Assembly (NCBI GenBank): GCA_041394685.1
Contig: JAWKHU010000038.1
Coordinates: 130,087-194,086, forward strand
Length of the DNA stretch: 64,000 nt
Reading direction: 5' to 3'
DNA from: Vicinamibacterales bacterium
GTDB lineage: Bacteria; Acidobacteriota; Vicinamibacteria; Vicinamibacterales; UBA2999
Part shown: one piece after another, positions 56,787 to 64,000 of the stretch
Layout of the letters: the number at the start of each line of letters is the position of its first letter
How positions within the stretch are numbered: position 1 is the first letter of the stretch
Notes under the pieces: model-generated
The model's input: only the letters and a program-made list of their open reading frames with translations
Database searches by the model: none
What the model was told of the DNA's origin: nothing
Translations under genes and position numbers: made by a program

Positions 56787-57926
56787 ATGACCGAGTCACG
56801 ACGTCCCATCAGCCGCCGCCGCTTCGGCGCCACCGTTGGCGCCGGAGCGGGCGCCCTCCTCGCCGCGTCCCGCCCGGGCGCCGCGCAGTCCTCGCAGGCG
56901 GACGGCTCCGTCTACACCCGCGGCATCGTCATCGACGCGCTGGCGAACCCGGGGTCGATGAACGTGTCGTGGCCACCCCGGGGACCGCTCTCGCCCACCC
57001 AGCGCGAAGCCATCCGCTCGTCGGGCATCACCGCCATCAACGTCACCGTCAGCGCCGACGACTTCGAGACGACGACGCGCAACATCGCCCTGCCACAGGG
57101 CGAGGCCGACCGCTATCCCGACCTGCTGTCGGTCGTGCGGCGCCACGCGGACATCGCCCGCGCGAAGGCCGACGGCACCCTCGGGTTGATCCTGGGATTC
57201 CAGAACACCGAGATGCTCGGCCGCGACCTGTCACGCGTGGACGTCTTCTACCGGCTCGGCATCCGCATCATCCAGCTCACCTACAACGATCGCAACCTGC
57301 TGGGCGACGGCTGCCTCGAACCCGGCAACGCCGGCCTCAGCCGCTACGGCCACGAGGTGGTTGAGCGGATGAACAGCCTCGGCATCGCGGTGGACCTGAG
57401 CCACTGCGGCACCCGGACGACGGCCGACGGGATCGCGGCCTCGACGAAGCCTCCGCTCATCACCCACAGCGGCTGCCGCGAGGTCTACCGACACCCGCGG
57501 AGCAAGGAAGACCGGGAGCTGAAGGCGATGGCCGACAAGGGCGGCGTGGTGGGCATCTACTTCATGCCCTTCATCGGGCCCGGGCCAGGGGCGCCATCCG
57601 TCGAGATGCTGATGCGCCAGATCGATCACGCCATCTCGGTGTGCGGCGAGGACCACGTCGGCATCGGCAGCGACCTCAGCACCGCGCCGATCGAGGAGAC
57701 GCCGGAATACCTGGCCGAGGCGCGGCGCTTCGTGGACGGCCGCAAGGCGCGCGGGATCTCGGCCCCGGACGAGGACCGGCCGCTCTTCATCGCCGAGCTC
57801 AATCACTCGCGCCGCATCGAGGGCGTCGCGCGCGGCCTGCAGCAGCGCAAATACGCCCCGGCGGTGATCGAGAAGATCATCGGCGGCAACTTCCACCGCG
57901 TGTTCAAGGAGATCTGGACACTCTGA
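56787..57926 (+). CDS. M19 family membrane dipeptidase, Tat-exported
   Basis: Tat motif is SRRRFGATVGAGAGALL. Family motifs are IIQLTYNDRNLLGDG, VDLSHCG, ITHSGCREV and GIGSDL. Confidence 0.85.
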   Translation: MTESRRPISRRRFGATVGAGAGALLAASRPGAAQSSQADGSVYTRGIVIDALANPGSMNVSWPPRGPLSPTQREAIRSSGITAINVTVSADDFETTTRNIALPQGEADRYPDLLSVVRRHADIARAKADGTLGLILGFQNTEMLGRDLSRVDVFYRLGIRIIQLTYNDRNLLGDGCLEPGNAGLSRYGHEVVERMNSLGIAVDLSHCGTRTTADGIAASTKPPLITHSGCREVYRHPRSKEDRELKAMADKGGVVGIYFMPFIGPGPGAPSVEMLMRQIDHAISVCGEDHVGIGSDLSTAPIEETPEYLAEARRFVDGRKARGISAPDEDRPLFIAELNHSRRIEGVARGLQQRKYAPAVIEKIIGGNFHRVFKEIWTL

Positions 57927-57956
57927 GCGCCCGGTGCTCCGGACGGCCCCCGGACG

Positions 57957-60272
57957 TCAGTCCTTCGGCGTGCCGAGCGCCTCGCGAATCGTGCCGAGGA
58001 GCACGGCCGGCGTGAACGGCTTCTGCACGAACGCCAGCGTCGCGTCGCGGACGCCCTCGGCCAGGCGCTGGTCGTTGGTGAAGCTCGACATGTAGACCAC
58101 GCGGAGCCCCGGCAGGCTGGCGACGAGCCGATCCGCCAGCTCGTGACCGCCCATGTCCGGCATCTGCATGTCGGTCAGCACCAGATGGATGCGCTCCCGG
58201 TAGCTGGCGGCCAGCCCGATGGCCTGCGGCCCGCTCCCGGCCTCGAGGACGGTGTACCCGTGCCGCCGCAGGATCTCCCCGACCACGGCGCGGACGTCCT
58301 GCTGATCGTCCACCACGAGGATGGTCTCGGTGCCGCCGCCGGCCTCGGTGGTCGGCACCAGGTTGGGGCGGCGAAGCTCCGGGAGATTCGTCACGGGGAA
58401 CGACACCCTGAAGGTCGAGCCGACGCCGACCGTGCTCTCCACCTGGATGGCGCCCTGGTTCTGCTTGACGATGCCGTAGACGGTCGCGAGGCCGAGCCCC
58501 GTGCCCTTGCCCGTGCCCTTCGTCGTGAAGAAGGGCTCGAACACCCGCTTCATCGTTTCCTCGTCCATCCCGGTGCCGGTGTCCGAGACGACCAGCATCA
58601 CGTGCGGCGTCTCGGCCTGCGGGGTGTCGGCGCCTTCGGGCGCGACGTTGAGGGTTTCGATGGTGAGCCGGCCGCCGCCGGGCATGGCGTCGCGCGCGTT
58701 GAGGATCAGGTTCATCACGACCTGCTCCATCTGGCCCGCGTCGGCGCGGATGCGCCCGAGCGAGTCCGCCAGGCGCACGTCGAGCGCGATCGACTTGCCG
58801 AGCGCGCGGCGCAGCAGGTTCTGGACGCTGCGGACGGCGTCGTTGAGGTCCACGTCCTGCGGCTGGAGGATCTGCCGCCGGCTGAAGGCCAGGAGCTGGC
58901 GCGTCAGCGTCTCGGCGGTGCGGGCGGCCTGGCGGATCTGATCGACGTCCGGATGCGAGGGATGATCCGCACCGAGATCCTCGAGCAGCAGATCGCTGAA
59001 GCCGAGGATGGCCGACAGCAGGTTGTTGAAGTCGTGGGCGATGCCACCGGCGAGCCGGCCGATCGCTTCCATCTTCTGTGACTGCTGCAGTTCCTCGTCG
59101 CTGCGGCGTGTCTCGGTGATGTCCTCGGCCAGGGCCACCATGCGCTGCACCTGCCCGTTCTGCGATCGCACCGGGAACGCCCGTGTCCGGATCCAGCACC
59201 AGCTGCGATCCGGCCGCTCGATGCGGAAGACGTCCACCGTCGGTTCGCCAGCGGCGATGCGGATCTGGTTGTCGAGGACGCCCTGCCGGTCGTCGGGGTG
59301 AATGGTGTGGAACCAGAGGGTCTGGTCGTCGAACGCCTCCTGCGTCGGGCGGCCCCAGATCTGTTCCCACGCGCCGCTCAGGTAGATGGGGCGGAACGAC
59401 GGCAGTTCCGTGATGATGAAGGCCTCGTTGATGTGATCGGCGAGGAGGCGGAAGCGCTCCTCGCTGACCCGCAGGTCGGCCTCCATCTGCTTGCGGGCGG
59501 TGATGTCCACCACCGTCTCGAGCACTGCCGGCTCGTCGTCCCACACGACGGGCGAGGTGATGCAGTCGAGCCAGATGCGGGTGCCGTCGTGCCGGATGCA
59601 CCGGACCTCGAACCTGACGGCATCGGGCGTGCCCCTGGACCTCGCCTCGACGAACTGCTCGAGGCGGGCGCGATCGTCGGGGTCGATGAAGGTCCAGATG
59701 CTCGTGCCCTCGAGCGCGTCGGCGCCGGGCGCGCCCAGCATCCGCGCGAACGCGGGATTGGCAAAACGGATGGTGCCGCCGGCATGAATCAGGATGCCCT
59801 GGATGGAGCCTTCCACCAGGCTGCGGTACCGGCGCTCGCTCAGGCCGAGCTGTGCGGTCACCGCGTAGCGCTCGACGGCGTAGCGCAGCGACTGGTACAG
59901 CGCGCGGCCGTCCACCTGGCCCTTGACGAGATAGTCCTGCGCTCCCTCGCGGACGGCGCTGGCGGCCACCTGTTCGTCGGCGAGTCCCGTCAACACGACG
60001 ATCGGGACGCGCGACGCACCGGCGCGGGCCCGTACGAAGGTCTCCAGCCCCTGGCTGTCCGGCAGGCTCAGGTCGAGAAGGATCGCGTTGAAGTTCTGCG
60101 TCTCGAGAAAGGTGAGCGCCTCGCGAAGCTTCGTCGCGTGCGTCACCGCGATCTCGTCGTCGTGCTCCTCCCGCAGGTACTCGCGCACGAGACGCGCGTC
60201 CGCCGGGTTGTCCTCGACGAGGAGGATGGAGAAGTCCACCCCAGCCGCGCGCTGGAGCTGCTGGGGCGTCAT
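57957..60272 (-). CDS. Hybrid sensor histidine kinase: REC - 3x PAS - HisKA - HATPase - REC
   Basis: Intact 771 aa. The N-terminal REC is ILLVEDNPADARL..LDLSLPD. HisKA is GGIAHDFNNLL. HATPase is DTGTGMD..GLGLATVYG. The C-terminal REC is ILVVDDQQD..TDMQMPDMGG. ATGA overlap with the upstream RR gene. Confidence 0.85.
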   Translation of the reverse strand: MTPQQLQRAAGVDFSILLVEDNPADARLVREYLREEHDDEIAVTHATKLREALTFLETQNFNAILLDLSLPDSQGLETFVRARAGASRVPIVVLTGLADEQVAASAVREGAQDYLVKGQVDGRALYQSLRYAVERYAVTAQLGLSERRYRSLVEGSIQGILIHAGGTIRFANPAFARMLGAPGADALEGTSIWTFIDPDDRARLEQFVEARSRGTPDAVRFEVRCIRHDGTRIWLDCITSPVVWDDEPAVLETVVDITARKQMEADLRVSEERFRLLADHINEAFIITELPSFRPIYLSGAWEQIWGRPTQEAFDDQTLWFHTIHPDDRQGVLDNQIRIAAGEPTVDVFRIERPDRSWCWIRTRAFPVRSQNGQVQRMVALAEDITETRRSDEELQQSQKMEAIGRLAGGIAHDFNNLLSAILGFSDLLLEDLGADHPSHPDVDQIRQAARTAETLTRQLLAFSRRQILQPQDVDLNDAVRSVQNLLRRALGKSIALDVRLADSLGRIRADAGQMEQVVMNLILNARDAMPGGGRLTIETLNVAPEGADTPQAETPHVMLVVSDTGTGMDEETMKRVFEPFFTTKGTGKGTGLGLATVYGIVKQNQGAIQVESTVGVGSTFRVSFPVTNLPELRRPNLVPTTEAGGGTETILVVDDQQDVRAVVGEILRRHGYTVLEAGSGPQAIGLAASYRERIHLVLTDMQMPDMGGHELADRLVASLPGLRVVYMSSFTNDQRLAEGVRDATLAFVQKPFTPAVLLGTIREALGTPKD

Positions 60273-60709
60273 GAATAGGGTCTCAGCAGCCGGGCGTTGC
60301 TCAGCCAGAACTGCTCGATGGCGTGGACGGACGCGAAGAACTGGTCCAGGTCCACGGGTTTGGTGATGACGGCGTTGGCGCCGACCCGGTAGCTGCGGAA
60401 GATGTCGGCCTCCGCGCGCGAGGTGGTGAGCACGACCACGGGGATGTGGCGGAGCATGTCGTCGGTCTTGATGGCCTCCAGCACCTCCCGGCCATCCATT
60501 TTCGGGAGGTTGAGGTCGAGCAGGATCAGGTCAGGCATCGGGTCCGGGTTGTCCACGGCCCTGAGCACGCGCATCGCCTCCTGGCCGTCCCTCGCCACGC
60601 GCAGGCGGCTCTGGACGCTGCTCTGGCGCAGCGCCTCGACTGTGAGCCGGACGTCGGCGGGGTTGTCCTCGACGAGCAGGATCTCGATGGGCGCGGTGGC
60701 GGTCTGCAT
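60269..60709 (-). CDS. Stand-alone receiver-domain response regulator (Rcp-like)
   Basis: The start is MQTATAPIEILLVEDNPADVRL, followed by LLDLNLPKMDG, VVVLTTS and ITKP. Confidence 0.85.
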   Translation of the reverse strand: MQTATAPIEILLVEDNPADVRLTVEALRQSSVQSRLRVARDGQEAMRVLRAVDNPDPMPDLILLDLNLPKMDGREVLEAIKTDDMLRHIPVVVLTTSRAEADIFRSYRVGANAVITKPVDLDQFFASVHAIEQFWLSNARLLRPYS

Positions 60710-60716
60710 GACGGTC

Positions 60717-62179
<1,463 letters not shown>

Positions 62180-62321
62180 CGACTAATCTCGACTTATATA
62201 CCGCTCTTTCGCCCTGAGATCACCCCGTCGTCAGCGGATATCTGCATCCATTTGCGCACTCTCTCGTCCCCGGACAGGAAATCCGGGTCGGCGCGTCCAA
62301 TCTCATGTAGAAATCAGGCAC

Positions 62322-63482
62322 GTGACCGCAGATACCACCCCACCGCGAGCCCTGATCGTCGACGACGACGAGCAGGTGCTGTTCGTGCACCAGCGGGTGC
62401 TGAAGATGGGCGGGTTCGACGTCGAGACCGCCGCCAGCGGCAACGCGGCGATGGACGCCCTGCGCCGCACCCAGTTCGACGTGGTCCTCAGCGACATCGA
62501 CATGCCGGGCATGGACGGCATCCGGCTCCTGGAGCAGGTCCGGTCGCACGACGTCGATGTCCCCGTGATCCTCATCACCGGTGCGCCCACGCTCGAGACA
62601 GCGGTGCAGGCGCTCGACCGCGGCGCGCTGCGCTACTTGTCCAAACCGACGCCGCTGCCCGAGCTCCTGAAGGTGGCGCGCGACGCCGTCCGGCTCCATC
62701 GCATCGCCAAGGCCAAGCGCGAGGCGCTGGCGCTCCTCGACGGCGCCGGTCACTTCGCCGGAGACCACGCCGGCCTCAAGGTCAGCTTCGAACGGGCCAT
62801 GGACACCATGCGCATGGCCTACCAGCCGATCGTCTCGTGGTCGAAGCGATCCGTCGTGGCCTACGAAGCCCTGCTGCGATCGTCCGAGCCCAACCTGCCG
62901 TCGCCCGCGGCCGTCCTCGACGCGGCCGAGCGGCTGGACCGCGTCCACGCCCTGGGCCGGCGCCTCCGCAGCCTGGCGGTGTCGTCGATCGACCGCCTGC
63001 CGCACTCGGCGACGCTCTTCCTCAACATCCACCCTCACGACCTGCTGGACGAGGAGTTGCACAACCCGCGCGGCGAGATCGCGCGCGCGGCCGAGCGCGT
63101 CACGCTCGAGGTGACCGAGCGTGCGTCGCTCGAGACCGTCGAGGACGTCCGCACGCGGCTGGCCTCCATCCGCCAGCGCGGCTTCCGCCTGGCCCTGGAC
63201 GACTTCGGCGCCGGCTTCGGCGGGCTGACCAGCTTCGCCCTGCTGGAGCCGGAGGTCGTCAAGATCGACAACCGCCTGGTCCGCGGCATCGAGCGCGAGC
63301 CCGTCAAGTGGAACCTCGTGAAGACGATGACGAACATGTGCAACGAGCTCGGCATCACCGTCATCGCCGAGGGCATCGAGACCGTCGCGGAGCGCGACGA
63401 GATCGCGCGCGCGGGCTGCGACCTCATGCAGGGCTACCTCTTCGCCGCGCCGTCCGAGACCTTCGGGACGGTCGCGTTCTAG
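62322..63482 (+). CDS. Response regulator with EAL (c-di-GMP phosphodiesterase) output domain
   Basis: GTG start. The REC domain is ALIVDDDEQVL..LSDIDMPGMDG. The EAL domain has YEALLR, LFLNIHP, LEVTE, ALDDFGAG and QGYLF. Confidence 0.85.
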   Translation: MTADTTPPRALIVDDDEQVLFVHQRVLKMGGFDVETAASGNAAMDALRRTQFDVVLSDIDMPGMDGIRLLEQVRSHDVDVPVILITGAPTLETAVQALDRGALRYLSKPTPLPELLKVARDAVRLHRIAKAKREALALLDGAGHFAGDHAGLKVSFERAMDTMRMAYQPIVSWSKRSVVAYEALLRSSEPNLPSPAAVLDAAERLDRVHALGRRLRSLAVSSIDRLPHSATLFLNIHPHDLLDEELHNPRGEIARAAERVTLEVTERASLETVEDVRTRLASIRQRGFRLALDDFGAGFGGLTSFALLEPEVVKIDNRLVRGIEREPVKWNLVKTMTNMCNELGITVIAEGIETVAERDEIARAGCDLMQGYLFAAPSETFGTVAF

Positions 63483-63484
63483 CG

Positions 63485-64000
63485 TCAGAGAAAATAGAAG
63501 GTCATCGCGAGGATCGTGTAGATCGCCAGCAGCTGCACGCCCTCGAACCAGTGCGTGCGCCCATCCAGCACGAGGTAGGACACGGCCATCACCGACAGCA
63601 TGACGGCCGACACCTCGAGGACGGTGAACTCGAGCCCGAGCGGGTGGCCGATGAGGTGGCCCGCGATCACCAGCACCGGCGCCACGAAGAGCGCAATCTG
63701 CATCGCCGACCCCATGGCGATGCCCAGAGCCAGGTCCATCTTGCCCTTGCGGGCGACGAGGATCGCGGTGGAGTGCTCGGCGGCGTTCCCCACCACCGCA
63801 ATCACGATCACGCCCATGAAGACCTTGCCGAGCCCCAGCTCGGTGCCCGCCTCGTCAACGGCCCCGACGAGGAACTCGCTCACCAGCCCGACGGCCGACG
63901 CCGCGCCCAGTAGCGTGACGAGGCTCCGCGCCATCGACCAGGGCGGCTCACCGCTCTCCCCTGCCGCCTCGCCCTCCTGCGCGTCCGCGTCCTCGCTTGC
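63485..64000 (-). CDS. CaCA-family Ca2+/cation:H+ antiporter, C-terminal half (5' end outside window)
   Basis: The alpha-2 repeat is [18 protein letters not shown]. An acidic loop ([15 protein letters not shown]) lies at the window edge. The ORF stays open to position 64000. Confidence 0.8.
   Translation of the reverse strand, partial: ASEDADAQEGEAAGESGEPPWSMARSLVTLLGAASAVGLVSEFLVGAVDEAGTELGLGKVFMGVIVIAVVGNAAEHSTAILVARKGKMDLALGIAMGSAMQIALFVAPVLVIAGHLIGHPLGLEFTVLEVSAVMLSVMAVSYLVLDGRTHWFEGVQLLAIYTILAMTFYFL

Overview
Very GC-rich bacterial chromosomal segment (codon third positions are almost all G/C). Two ADOP-type duplicated orphan permeases, a TPR plus CRTAC1/ASPIC-UnbV pair and many Tat/Sec-secreted FN3 proteins suggest Acidobacteriota; this is inference only. 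I saw no rRNA, tRNA, CRISPR array, transposase, integrase or prophage.

Gene content, left to right:
- hypF 3' end, an ADOP permease, and a TPR plus FG-GAP/ASPIC pair.
- A surface-glycan style island at about 8.2-15.3 kb: SGNH-like gene, methyltransferase, GT2, two sulfotransferases and a secreted tail-fibre-like protein.
- PQQ sugar dehydrogenase, a beta-propeller-3xFN3 protein, small secreted proteins, an S9 peptidase, heme oxygenase and PhoD.
- A translationally coupled cytoplasmic S8 subtilase plus DUF900-like alpha/beta-hydrolase cassette.
- M28 peptidase, then a DNRLRE-PT linker-3xFN3 protein coupled to a three-domain glycosyltransferase/methyltransferase.
- A histidine operon ordered hisI-G-D-C-B-H-F-A.
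- A second ADOP permease, MFS transporter, DUF2785, MBL hydrolase, two DinB genes, a DGPF/YCII-ECF42 sigma pair, dienelactone hydrolase, sodC, ArsR-SRPBCC and an M19 dipeptidase.
- A PAS-HK / RR / hybrid-HK operon, a REC-EAL gene, and the 3' part of a CaCA antiporter.

Most interesting observations:
1. A His-rich leader ORF (HHAHRAHHH) followed by a strong intrinsic terminator lies directly upstream of hisI. This is a candidate hisL-type attenuator.
2. Seven loci carry purine-rich tandem 7-mer or 9-mer arrays that sit at gene boundaries. Two are built as long inverted-arm hairpins, one fills the whole hisH-hisF spacer, and one is a 12-tract G-quadruplex-type array in a divergent promoter.
3. 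The S8 subtilase/alpha-beta hydrolase cassette is of unknown role.

Caveat: reading-frame breaks are frequent and patchy, and they hit core his genes. Many 'pseudogenes' are therefore probably assembly indels, and the coordinates of disrupted genes are approximate. High GC also produces many long spurious antisense ORFs in the ORF track, which I did not annotate.
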